From Promethearchaeia archaeon (lineage in GTDB: Archaea > Asgardarchaeota > Lokiarchaeia > Sigyniarchaeales > SOKP01), in the NCBI GenBank assembly GCA_029856145.1, contig JAHQWK010000011.1:32001-96000 (forward strand): a stretch of DNA of 64,000 bases, given 5' to 3'. Shown piece after piece: positions 31,825-41,788 of this stretch; the stretch's first letter is position 1; each line of letters starts with the position of its first letter. Below the pieces are notes generated by a model. It was not told where the DNA came from. It saw only the letters and a program-made list of their open reading frames with translations, and searched no databases. Both the position numbers and the translations under genes were made by a program.

Positions 31825-32304
31825 TTAGTTACTTTTCTCTATTTCCTGGATGAAGGAATTAATTTTATCTATATGATTATTATTCTTAATTTCCTTTCTA
31901 TTAATTTCTAAAGTGAATAATGGTTCTTTCTCATATAAAATTGCCATGCTTTCAAACGTTTTGAAGCCTTTATCTCCTCCCTCAGTACAAAAAAATGCAA
32001 TATTCTTAATTTTGCTTTTATTTTCCGAGATATATGTTCTTATTGCGGGAGTCATCCTACTACTCCATATCGGGGTTCCTAGGATGATTAGATCATACAT
32101 TTCTGGATTTTTTTGAACCTCTTCTATAACTGTAAGTTTCTCTCTTGTGGCAGCATATCCACTCTTGAGAAAACCAATAATAAAACCAGTTCTTTTCTTA
32201 GTATCGATAATCTCCTCAGATTCACAATTTAAACCACTAGAAATTAATTTCGCAACTTTTTTGGTTCTACCTGTTCTTGAATAAAAAACAACTAATGATT
32301 TCAT
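31825..32304 (-). CDS. Flavodoxin family protein
   Basis: VVFYSRTGRT, LGTPIW, FFCTEGG. Confidence 0.85.
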   Translation of the reverse strand: MKSLVVFYSRTGRTKKVAKLISSGLNCESEEIIDTKKRTGFIIGFLKSGYAATREKLTVIEEVQKNPEMYDLIILGTPIWSSRMTPAIRTYISENKSKIKNIAFFCTEGGDKGFKTFESMAILYEKEPLFTLEINRKEIKNNNHIDKINSFIQEIEKSN

Positions 32305-32503
32305 AAAATATAATCCTAAATCTCATTAAATTAGAAAGATGTTATTAAGATTAATCTTCCAACAAAAATAAATATTGGTATCGAAGTTATTCCCTAATAT
32401 TCCGAGAAACGATATCCCAGAAGATATGAAAAAGTTTTAATATCGACATTTGTTTGAATTAAAAATAATTAATATCTATTTGTAAGGATGAATTAAATTT
32501 CAC

Positions 32504-34459
32504 ATGGAAGATATTTATAATAAAATCAGCAAAGGGAAAGCTGGTGAAAAAAGATTTTTTCTTGGTAATGAAGCAATTGTCCGTGGGGCTTTAGAAAGTG
32601 GCGTTGATGTTTATACTTATTATCCGGGTACTCCTAGTTCTGAAGTTGGAGAAATCTTTATGGACATTTTTAAGAAAGTAGGAATGAAATGGGTGGAAAG
32701 CAGCATTAATGAAAAAGTTGCGATAGAAGTTGCAGGTGCAGCATACGCTAGAGGTGCCACAACAATGGTCGGTATGAAAAATGTTGGGCTGAATGTTGCT
32801 TCTGATCCTTTATTTGCTCTTGCCACTACACGCCCAAATAATAAGAATTCAGCGATGGTTATTTTAGTTGCTGATGACCCTCAACAGCATTCAAGTGCCG
32901 TAGAAATGGATTCTCGAAATTATTTAAAAATTTTCAAAATACCCGCATTGGAACCGAGCAATCCTCAGGAGTGCTTAGAATTTACTAAAGAAGCATTTAA
33001 AATATCGAGAGAATTAAAACTACCAGTAATACTAAGGACTGTAACGATGGTTTCTCATGCTAGGAGTAACGTACGTATTGGAGAAATAAAACAATCAGAA
33101 ATTGAAAGTGAATTTGATTTATCCAAGGAGGTAAATGTCGCGTTAAGAATTTATTCTCTGGAGATGAAGAAAAATCACATTTATAATAGAATGAATCGAG
33201 CATTAGAATTATCTGAGAATAGTTCCTTAAATAGAATCGAAAATGGGAAAGCTAAAAATGAATATGAGTTAGGAATTATAACAAGCGGGGTGTCATACAG
33301 CTATGTACATGAAGCTTTAAATTTTCTTGAAATGGAGGCACCAACTCTTAAAATTGGTTTCATAAATCCACTTCCAGAGAAATTAATTGTAGAATTCATT
33401 AAACAATATAAAGAAGTATTTATTGTAGAAGAAAATGATGCATATCTTGAAACACAGGTTCTTGCCATGGCTCATAAAAACAGTCTTAAAGTGAAAATTC
33501 ATGGAAAAGATCCCTTTTCTTATTCAAAAGAAAAATCGTTATTACCTTTTGTAGGAGAATTAAATCCTACTAAAGTTGCGTTAGCATTAATGAAAATTAC
33601 TAGGTTAGAGCCAAAAATGGATTTTAAGCAGATTGATGAGAAAAAATATGATGTGATGGCAAGAAAACCTATTTTATGTGCGGGATGCCCCCATAGAACA
33701 ACTGGATATACATTACAAAAAGCTGTTAAAAAAATTAAATCTAGGACTGGAAAAAAAGTCTATTTTTACCAAGATATTGGATGTTATACTTTACTTGCGC
33801 TTCCCCCGTTTGATTTTGCTAATGTTAAATATTGCATGGGATCAAGTATAGCTTTAGCTCAAGGAGTTGCTCAAACAAGTGAAAGCCTAAATGTTGCGAT
33901 TATTGGAGATGGAACTTTTTATCACTCTGGAATTCCTGCGCTTTTAAATGGAATTTATAATAAAGCGCCAATTTTAGTATTAATATTAGATAATGGATGG
34001 ATCGGAATGACGGGGCAACAACCCAATCCAGGGAGTGATACTCGTTATTATAAAGAGGGATCTTATAAGAAGAATATAATTTTAGAAGAGTTGTTAGAAG
34101 GTACTGGAGCTCACGTCAATGTAATTAAGTATTATGAAAATAATGATGAGAATTATTTTACAAAACTAAAAGACTTAATTTATCAAATAGGACTAGATGT
34201 ATTAGAAAATAGAAATCTACATGTAATTGTTATAAAAAACGAATGCATTCAAAAAATTATTAAAAGACAAGCACCAGCAATAAGATATGTTGATAATGAA
34301 CTATGTAATAACTGTGGTATATGTTATTCTCAATTTTTATGCCCTGCTATTGATGAAAAGGAAAATGTTGCCTTTATTGATTCAAACATATGCTTAGGTT
34401 GTGGTATATGTGAAGAAATTTGCCCCAATAATGCTATTAATAGGGAGGAGCTAGAATGA
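32504..34459 (+). CDS. iorA: Indolepyruvate:ferredoxin oxidoreductase alpha subunit
   Basis: GNEAIVRG, YPGTPSSE, KNVGLNVASD, CAGCPHR, DIGCY, TPP motif GDGTF...DN, C-terminal ferredoxin. Confidence 0.93.
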   Translation: MEDIYNKISKGKAGEKRFFLGNEAIVRGALESGVDVYTYYPGTPSSEVGEIFMDIFKKVGMKWVESSINEKVAIEVAGAAYARGATTMVGMKNVGLNVASDPLFALATTRPNNKNSAMVILVADDPQQHSSAVEMDSRNYLKIFKIPALEPSNPQECLEFTKEAFKISRELKLPVILRTVTMVSHARSNVRIGEIKQSEIESEFDLSKEVNVALRIYSLEMKKNHIYNRMNRALELSENSSLNRIENGKAKNEYELGIITSGVSYSYVHEALNFLEMEAPTLKIGFINPLPEKLIVEFIKQYKEVFIVEENDAYLETQVLAMAHKNSLKVKIHGKDPFSYSKEKSLLPFVGELNPTKVALALMKITRLEPKMDFKQIDEKKYDVMARKPILCAGCPHRTTGYTLQKAVKKIKSRTGKKVYFYQDIGCYTLLALPPFDFANVKYCMGSSIALAQGVAQTSESLNVAIIGDGTFYHSGIPALLNGIYNKAPILVLILDNGWIGMTGQQPNPGSDTRYYKEGSYKKNIILEELLEGTGAHVNVIKYYENNDENYFTKLKDLIYQIGLDVLENRNLHVIVIKNECIQKIIKRQAPAIRYVDNELCNNCGICYSQFLCPAIDEKENVAFIDSNICLGCGICEEICPNNAINREELE

Positions 34460-35037
34460 GTTTAGATAATTATACTATAGTGATTAGCGGGTTAGGTGGA
34501 CAAGGATTAATAAGACTAATTCAGATTCTAGGAAACGCATTAATGATTAATGGGTATGAAGTAATAACTTCTGAGACTCATGGTCTTAGCCAGAGAGGTG
34601 GTAAAGTTACATGCTTTCTTCGCTTTGGAAGTAAGGTAAATGCCCCAATACCAATGATCGGAACAGCAGATATGATAATAGCTTTAGAAGAGAGTAGTAT
34701 TTTAGACGCGTTGAAATATGCTAAGCCTAATAAAAGTACTAAATTAGTAATATCTTCCTATGAAAAACAAATTCTGGGTATAGAATATCCTTCTCTAAAA
34801 TATATATTAGATATTCTTTTCGAAATTTCAAACAATATTTATATTTTACCGTTGACGGATATTGCTGTAAAGCACACTGGAAATATAAAAACTATGAATA
34901 GTGTGTTACTAGGATACATCTTAAAATTCTTACCATTAAACAAAAAGGATCTTGAGCAATTTCTATCATATAATTTCTCAGGAAAAACGTTAGAAATGAA
35001 CTTAAAAGCATTTAATGAAGGTCTTAAATTAAAATAA
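34456..35037 (+). CDS. iorB: Indolepyruvate:ferredoxin oxidoreductase beta subunit
   Basis: GLGGQG, ETHGLSQRGGKV; ATGA overlap with iorA. Confidence 0.92.
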   Translation: MSLDNYTIVISGLGGQGLIRLIQILGNALMINGYEVITSETHGLSQRGGKVTCFLRFGSKVNAPIPMIGTADMIIALEESSILDALKYAKPNKSTKLVISSYEKQILGIEYPSLKYILDILFEISNNIYILPLTDIAVKHTGNIKTMNSVLLGYILKFLPLNKKDLEQFLSYNFSGKTLEMNLKAFNEGLKLK

Positions 35038-35152
35038 TTTTCTCCTTAAAACAATTAAAAAAATCGAATTAATTGACGAGTAAAAGTATAATAATCTTTT
35101 CATTTTTTTACAACATTAAAAATAATAAAAGAGGTAGTTTTGTTCTTTAGTT

Positions 35153-36526
35153 TTATAAGTTTTTCTGAATGTTTGAAATTTTTTTTTTCAATTTTTTGAT
35201 TCGAGATTCGTTTCCATTAAGATCCTGGACATCTTCTAGAATTTTTAATCCTTGTTGATAGTAATTAATTGCTTTAATGTAATCCTTTTTTTTCTCAGCT
35301 TTTTCTCCTACTTTTAAAGCATATTCTAGTTCCAATTCTTTAATCTTTTTATCAAGTTCTAAAATCATAAATGATATTCTCCCTACTTCCTCTTTATAAT
35401 CAAAACCTGATGCCAAGTAAAGAGCCATTTCACATTCTTTTTGTGCCTCTTTATAAGCTAATCCTTTTTCGGCAGTTTCAGCTTTTCGAATGAAAGAATT
35501 TAAAGATGATCTAACTTCTTCTTCACTCATATGCTTTGCTCTTTCTTTCAATTCATTTATTGCATCGTTATTAGTAATTATCGAAGAAATTAATTCATTA
35601 CTGGCTATTCTTACTGCTCGTGATTCTTGAAAATTACTAATTGTATCTTCAGCGGTTTCAATTGTAGTAGGGATAATAATTTTTTTTTCTATAAGTTTGT
35701 AGACTTCATAAAGTATCTTATTTGAGTCGATATGTACTATTTTTTGAACTTCATCAATTAAGTTGATAATAAAAAAGAATGCTTTTGAAGCTAACAATGC
35801 CTTTGCAAAATCTATTATTGCCTTTTGAATAGGATTTCTCTGAATTATTTCTAATTCGTTTGGTAATAATGTGTGGGTTAGAATCATGGGAAAAACTAGA
35901 TTAACATTAAATGTATCTATTATGAAATCGATGGTATCTTCGAAATGCATCATCCCTTTTCTTATGTGTGCTCCAATTTTATCTAGATATCTACTTTCAT
36001 AATCACTTAAAAACTCAGTTACAAGAATCTTCAAGCTATCAGAAGCTTTATGGTCCAAAACTAAACAGATTCGAATAAATTGGGCATTTTTAAGTAAAAT
36101 ATTGAATGTTTCGTATTGAAATTCATAAAATTGATGATTATTTCTATGATTTGAATTACCATTTGAAGTATTACTAGATTCTGAAAACGTAATATTTGCT
36201 TGGATAAATCCGGTTAATAATCCAGTATTTACGCCCGCTCCTGAAATCGGATAATCAACCAGAGCTAACCCAGATTCTTTAGCCATTAATAAAACATGTT
36301 TTATGTTCAAAACATCTAAAAATTTCTGCCATATTAGGTCTTGGAACATTTGAATACGTTTTTCTTCAGAATCAATAATCGTGAATTTCAAGTTATGATT
36401 AAGATTTAAACCAAATTTTTCAAGTTGAGCTTTAACACACTCTTTACAGAAATCTGGATATTTCTCACAATTATTTTTATCTAGTCCGCAATCAAATCCA
36501 ACAGGACTAATCTGAAAATAAACCAT
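35153..36526 (-). CDS. Soluble Cys4 / longin-like / winged-helix / TPR-MIT-like protein
   Basis: N-terminal C-x6-C-x6-C-x2-C; KFLDVLNIKHVLL...SGL...LLTGFIQA matches the cytoplasmic domain of the 56271 and 58768 ORFs; C-terminal KAINYYQQGL helical repeats. Confidence 0.65.
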   Translation of the reverse strand: MVYFQISPVGFDCGLDKNNCEKYPDFCKECVKAQLEKFGLNLNHNLKFTIIDSEEKRIQMFQDLIWQKFLDVLNIKHVLLMAKESGLALVDYPISGAGVNTGLLTGFIQANITFSESSNTSNGNSNHRNNHQFYEFQYETFNILLKNAQFIRICLVLDHKASDSLKILVTEFLSDYESRYLDKIGAHIRKGMMHFEDTIDFIIDTFNVNLVFPMILTHTLLPNELEIIQRNPIQKAIIDFAKALLASKAFFFIINLIDEVQKIVHIDSNKILYEVYKLIEKKIIIPTTIETAEDTISNFQESRAVRIASNELISSIITNNDAINELKERAKHMSEEEVRSSLNSFIRKAETAEKGLAYKEAQKECEMALYLASGFDYKEEVGRISFMILELDKKIKELELEYALKVGEKAEKKKDYIKAINYYQQGLKILEDVQDLNGNESRIKKLKKKISNIQKNL

Positions 36527-36855
36527 TTAAATCCTATAAACTTATGTTCTTAATACTGAATTGAAAGGAAGATTTTAAAAATATTTCTATTAATTTGTTC
36601 TTTTGTTCTATCCCCTCAATCAACTAATAATTTCAAAATTTTTTAACATTTTCAAAATATTAGATTCTGTGATGCTATAACGAAAAATTAAAAGAATGGT
36701 AAATATCTCAAATCTATACATATCAGAAATATTAAGTATTCAAATCAAAATTTAGGTACGAGAGCTTTTTTCTCCATAAGATTAAGAATAGGAATTGCAA
36801 ATTCTGGTCTAAAATCTTCTTCATAAAAAAAAGTTTGTTAAATTAAATATTCAAA

Positions 36856-37890
36856 TTAAATTTGATATCTTTGATTAATAACCGTTTGAAATTGTATATT
36901 TGAACGGGATTGTTCTTGATAACCCCCTCTTTTTGAAACTAAGTAGAATTGGGCTAAAGTATTCTTATGGACTAAAGTAATCCCTCGCCATTTATTATCG
37001 TCTGTATTAAATTCTACTATATTTCCAAGAGCTACTCCTTCTCTAGAAGAGAAATTAAATTTCATTCTTCCCAATATTTTTATAAGTTCTTCATGGTATT
37101 CAGTTACTTTATGTTGGGGTTTATCTTTAAATCTTAATGCTTCAATAGAAAAAGCTTTGAGTATATCATTGCTCATGGTATTCCATGCTTCAGGGTTTGC
37201 ATAAAACTCAATCCCTATAAATTCACCGTTAATGAATACTGCAATTCCACATTGATTTTCTACTTTTTTGAAGGATTTCACGAAATCTTCAGTTTCTTTT
37301 TCAGATTCTTTTGTAATTTCGAGATAACTCTGAGTAGGAGCCACAGCAAGGGCATAATTCATCTCGGCTCTATGAGATTGGATCTCGCTCCATACACCTC
37401 CTTGTCCTGCTGCAGAAATTGCTTCATAAGCAACATTAGGATGGAGTCTAGTATTTGAAGTTTTAAATCCACGTCCTTTAGTATAACTCCATCTTGATTG
37501 TTCTACACATTTAGCAGGGACAGTATATTTTTGTTTAAGGGTTCCAGGATTTTGGTTGATAATGTTTTGTTTTCCACCCACAGGTAGTAAAATTGGTTCC
37601 CATATTGTCCTATCCTGTTTACCACCGTGAACTGTCATTCCGAATGGAATTAATATTTGTTTATCGCTTTTATTTACGACTTCTAACTGGCCTACTGTAT
37701 CAGTTTCGAGGATCTCTATTAATTCTAATTCTTCTGCTTCTTTAATACTAATGAAATCGATAAATTTATCATCTTGTACAATAATAGGGATAACAGTCAT
37801 GTTTTTATAAACTTGAGGAGTATCTAATTTAAGAAAACTTAAAGGATTTTTAAATAAAGAATTTACAATTTGTACACTTTCATTTTTCAA
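36856..37890 (-). CDS. ARPP-1 (DUF6569)-like protein
   Basis: GGKQDRT, CVEQSRW, QGGVW and GIAVFING...EFY motifs as recalled for the ARPP-1 family. Confidence 0.75.
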   Translation of the reverse strand: MKNESVQIVNSLFKNPLSFLKLDTPQVYKNMTVIPIIVQDDKFIDFISIKEAEELELIEILETDTVGQLEVVNKSDKQILIPFGMTVHGGKQDRTIWEPILLPVGGKQNIINQNPGTLKQKYTVPAKCVEQSRWSYTKGRGFKTSNTRLHPNVAYEAISAAGQGGVWSEIQSHRAEMNYALAVAPTQSYLEITKESEKETEDFVKSFKKVENQCGIAVFINGEFIGIEFYANPEAWNTMSNDILKAFSIEALRFKDKPQHKVTEYHEELIKILGRMKFNFSSREGVALGNIVEFNTDDNKWRGITLVHKNTLAQFYLVSKRGGYQEQSRSNIQFQTVINQRYQI

Positions 37891-37892
37891 AC

Positions 37893-38327
37893 TTACTCAT
37901 CCTCCTTTTTATTATTTTTATTTTTTTCTTTTATACGTTCACTTTCTTCAGAAAGACTTTCTTCATAGAGTGGACTTATAAATTGATTTACAATATCTTT
38001 ACCATTTTCGGTAAGTTCCACCCCTTGAACGACCTTTAATTTTCCACTTTTACTTATTCCATTAATCCTCGTTCCCTTTCCCTTTGGTACTTCATCTTTA
38101 TTATATTCTACTCTATGAGTTTTTACAATTCCTCCTCGTTTTAATGCATTTAAGTGGTAATTAATACTTTGTTTCTGCATTCCCATATTTTTCGCAATTT
38201 CTATAGGTTGTTGAGGACTGTCAGAAAGTTGTCTTAAAATATTCGCTCTTACGGGGCTTCTAAATACAAGTCCAACTTTTTCAAATATTGGCTTTTTCTT
38301 TTCTTTTTTTTCTTCTTTTTTAGCCAT
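37893..38327 (-). CDS. ArsR-like winged-helix transcriptional regulator
   Basis: SPVRANILRQL...EIAKNMGMQKQSINYHLNALKRGGIV...LTENG. Confidence 0.85.
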   Translation of the reverse strand: MAKKEEKKEKKKPIFEKVGLVFRSPVRANILRQLSDSPQQPIEIAKNMGMQKQSINYHLNALKRGGIVKTHRVEYNKDEVPKGKGTRINGISKSGKLKVVQGVELTENGKDIVNQFISPLYEESLSEESERIKEKNKNNKKEDE

Positions 38328-38505
38328 ATCTCTTCACATCTAATTTGGAAAAATTTTTATGGTAAAAGAAATTATTTACTGTAAAAAAATAATAGTAAAT
38401 TGCTTATTTAAATATTAGGTTTTTTTGGTGAAATTCTTATTAAATCAAGTTTATAAATTGTAAGATCTAGAATATCATAGATCTAAAGTCTATTAAAAAA
38501 AACCT

Positions 38506-39345
38506 TTGAAAATGAAAGAATCAAACAATATCGGGCATTATGAAATTACTGAATTTCCAAAGCTGAGAATCCCTACTTTAGACTTTCTTTCATTAGGAGA
38601 AAATAAGCATTATGTTAAAGGTTTAGTTGAATTTGATGTAACAAATGGTAGAAACAAAATTCGGGAGCATAAGAAGAATACTGGTGAGAAAATATCCTTC
38701 ACAGCTTGGTTTCTGAAATGTATTGGACAAGCTGCGAGTGAATATAAGGAAGTACATTCTATGATGAGGGGAAAAAATAAAATCATCACATTTGAGGACG
38801 TTGATATCTCGATAACAGTTGAGAAAGAGGTTGATGGTGAGAAGACCCCAATGCCACTTGTTATCAGGAAAACGAATAAAAAGACTGTTAAGCAGATCAA
38901 TACCGAAATAAGAAAAGCACAATCTGAAGAAGTAAGTGAAGCTACAGTATTAGGAAGTCATTCTATGAAAGAAGATGTTAAAACTTATGTTTCTCTGCCA
39001 AGATTTATGAGGAAATTTATCTTAAAGAGGAGATTTAAAGACCCAATCAAAGTTAAACAAATTATGGGAACAATAGTGGTTACCTCTGTGGGTATGTTTG
39101 GAAAATTTCATGGATGGCCAATTCCTACCACTTATCATCCTCTAGCTTTTGGTATAGGAGGAATTACTAAAAAGCCAGGAGTGATTAAAGAAAAAATTGA
39201 AATTCGGGAATACTTAACTGTGACTGTTTTATTTAATCATGACGTTGTTGATGGAGCTCCCGCAACTCGATTCATTTCTCGATTGGGTGAATTAATAGAA
39301 AGTGAGTTTGGGCTCCTTAACTTAGAATCTTTTATTTTCTTTTAA
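38506..39345 (+). CDS. 2-oxoacid dehydrogenase E2 acyltransferase, catalytic domain only
   Basis: GTIVVTSVG and NHDVVDGAPA (HxxxDG); no lipoyl or subunit-binding domain. Confidence 0.85.
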   Translation: MKMKESNNIGHYEITEFPKLRIPTLDFLSLGENKHYVKGLVEFDVTNGRNKIREHKKNTGEKISFTAWFLKCIGQAASEYKEVHSMMRGKNKIITFEDVDISITVEKEVDGEKTPMPLVIRKTNKKTVKQINTEIRKAQSEEVSEATVLGSHSMKEDVKTYVSLPRFMRKFILKRRFKDPIKVKQIMGTIVVTSVGMFGKFHGWPIPTTYHPLAFGIGGITKKPGVIKEKIEIREYLTVTVLFNHDVVDGAPATRFISRLGELIESEFGLLNLESFIFF

Positions 39346-39446
39346 TTTCTTTAGAAATTTAATGAGGTTTACTTCTAAACAAATTATAGAAGAAACAAGG
39401 TTTAATTTTTTTGTTAAATGAAAAAAAATTTGAGTAAATTATTTGA

Positions 39447-40436
39447 TTAAAAAGCTATATTTTGTCCAATTCCTTCTTTTAGGGCTCTATCATATACAAG
39501 TTTTCCAACAGCAACATCCTGAGCACTTATTCCCACAGATTTGAATACAGTAATTTCCGAATCAGAGGTACGTCCTGGTTTATTTCCAGTTATTATTTCA
39601 CCTATAGAAAAAATATCATTCTCAGTTATTATACCTTCATTAATAGGAATAATGTAATCTCCAGCTTCAGCCAAACAAGCTTCTTTTAATCCGGCTGTTA
39701 GTAGAGAAGCTCTTTTAATTATTATAGAATCCAATTCTCGCGCATCTGGTGCATGAGCACCAATAGAAGAGATATGAGTTCCTTCAACTACTTTATTTCC
39801 TGAAAAAAGAGGCGTTGTACTAGTAGTAGCTGCTACAACAATATCAGTATTAGAGAGGAGATCATCTCCTGATTCGACAATTTCAACATCTATTCCTAAT
39901 TCACTCTCAATTTCTTTTTTGAAATCTTTAGCAACATTCTTTTTTAAATCATAAACCTTACATTTTTCTAATTTTTTATCTAATCCCCAATATACTGCAG
40001 ATACTTGTTTTCTGGCTTGAACTCCAGCACTATAAATACCCAAAGTGGTACTATTTTTTCTTGCTATATATTTAACAGAAACCCCTGTAGCAGCACCAGT
40101 TCTCATAGCCGTAATAAGGCTTCCATCCATTATTCCCACAATATCACCAGTATTTATATCTTGTACCATAATTTTTGCTAAAACTGTAGGCATATTATAT
40201 TTTTCAGGATTTTGTTTATAGACAGATACAATTTTAGTAGCAAGAGCATTCATCTTACCTCCAATAATACCAGGCATTATTAATGTTAACCCTAGAGCGG
40301 GGTCTGTAAATGCTATTCTTTGAGGAACTATAGCATTTCCAAGAGTTAATTGTTTGTAGGCTTCTTCTACGTAGTTTAACGCATCGGGCATAGTTAATAG
40401 CTTAGCAACATCTTCCTTAGTTAATAATCTAACCAT
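39447..40436 (-). CDS. Ornithine cyclodeaminase/mu-crystallin family (archaeal alanine dehydrogenase-like)
   Basis: TAMRTGAA, GVQA, ATTS, HISSIGA, FKSVGISAQD. Confidence 0.88.
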   Translation of the reverse strand: MVRLLTKEDVAKLLTMPDALNYVEEAYKQLTLGNAIVPQRIAFTDPALGLTLIMPGIIGGKMNALATKIVSVYKQNPEKYNMPTVLAKIMVQDINTGDIVGIMDGSLITAMRTGAATGVSVKYIARKNSTTLGIYSAGVQARKQVSAVYWGLDKKLEKCKVYDLKKNVAKDFKKEIESELGIDVEIVESGDDLLSNTDIVVAATTSTTPLFSGNKVVEGTHISSIGAHAPDARELDSIIIKRASLLTAGLKEACLAEAGDYIIPINEGIITENDIFSIGEIITGNKPGRTSDSEITVFKSVGISAQDVAVGKLVYDRALKEGIGQNIAF

Positions 40437-40558
40437 TTTTATTTGTTCAACTCCAATTTAGTAATTCCTAAGATTTTGTATATAAAACTATAAAATTCAA
40501 ATGAATTAAAATATAATTATATCGTAGTTGAGAAAAATATTGAAAGTTTATTCCCATA

Positions 40559-40936
40559 ATGCCTGAATTTGAAAAAATAATGAAGAATTATGACCCCCCT
40601 GAAATAACTGGCAACTTCTTTGTTTTGAATAAAGATGAAGAGGTTTGGCTCGAAGGCTGGATCCAGATGGAACCGTCTTTAGAAGAATTTACTTCTCTAA
40701 TTCAAGAGGAAATTGAAGATTCATGGGGTTTAGAAAATGCTGAAATGTCAGATTACATAATTTTTCATATTGATCTTGAAGATAAAAACAATCTAAAAGA
40801 AATTAAGGATAATGAATATTATCAATGGGTAAGACAACACGAAGAGATTTTCATTGTATTGTTGCATAAAGAGATTAAATATCGGATAATAGAAAATATC
40901 CCAACTGTTTTTGAATGGTTCATGGGAACAATATAA
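40559..40936 (+). CDS. Hypothetical acidic protein
   Basis: ORF with coding-like composition and no motif. Confidence 0.5.
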   Translation: MPEFEKIMKNYDPPEITGNFFVLNKDEEVWLEGWIQMEPSLEEFTSLIQEEIEDSWGLENAEMSDYIIFHIDLEDKNNLKEIKDNEYYQWVRQHEEIFIVLLHKEIKYRIIENIPTVFEWFMGTI

Positions 40937-40951
40937 ATATGGGTTATAGAT

Positions 40952-41698
40952 TTGAATTTCGTATATATTCTCTTGCTAATAATCGGAATTTTAATAATAT
41001 TAATTCTAATCTTTAGTTTACCTCGAAAGAAGAATTTAAGAAAACCTAGTTTTGAAGGCTTTGATAGTCCTGAGGTTGCAGCAGCATTTGAAAAAATGAC
41101 TAATTTTTTACCTTTTAAGATTCTACGAAGAAGAATATTATCTGAATTAAAAAAATATAATCTTAAAGGAAAATTAGTAGATTTAGGTTGTGGTTCGGGA
41201 AATTTAATCATTCAGATTGCCAATAACTTCCCTAATCTTGATTTAAAAGGAGTTGACATTTCTTCTGATGTATTAGAATTAGCTAAAAAAAGGGTATTAG
41301 AAAATAATTTAAATAAAAAGATAGAATTCAAAATCGGAAGTGCGGCAGATTTTCCTTTTTCAGATAATTCAATCGATTTCATCATAAGTACTCTTTCTCT
41401 TCATCACTGGCAAGAACCTACTAAAGCTTTAAGTGAAATTTTTCGTGTTCTGAAACAAAATGGTATTTTTTTAATTTTTGATTTTCGTAGAGATGCGAGA
41501 AAATTCTTTTATGGTTTATTAAAGTTTGTTACTAAAGTAGTTGTCCCCAAAGTTTTAAAGGAGATTAATGAACCTATAGGATCGTTACAAGCAGGATATA
41601 CTCCTACAGAAATAAGACGTATAATCTCTCAAACTTCTTTTGATAATATAGAGATTGATCTCTACTTAGCTTGGATGTTTATTAAGATGAAAAAATAA
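40952..41698 (+). CDS. Class I SAM-dependent methyltransferase with N-terminal membrane anchor
   Basis: LVDLGCGSG, GVDIS, STLSLHHW, EIFRVLK. Confidence 0.88.
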   Translation: MNFVYILLLIIGILIILILIFSLPRKKNLRKPSFEGFDSPEVAAAFEKMTNFLPFKILRRRILSELKKYNLKGKLVDLGCGSGNLIIQIANNFPNLDLKGVDISSDVLELAKKRVLENNLNKKIEFKIGSAADFPFSDNSIDFIISTLSLHHWQEPTKALSEIFRVLKQNGIFLIFDFRRDARKFFYGLLKFVTKVVVPKVLKEINEPIGSLQAGYTPTEIRRIISQTSFDNIEIDLYLAWMFIKMKK

Positions 41699-41788
41699 AG
41701 ATAATTAAAAACTAAGGGAAATATTTATTTTCAATTTTTTTTCTGGGTATGTAATTTAAGATTTGACTCTTCTGATAAATATATGTGA

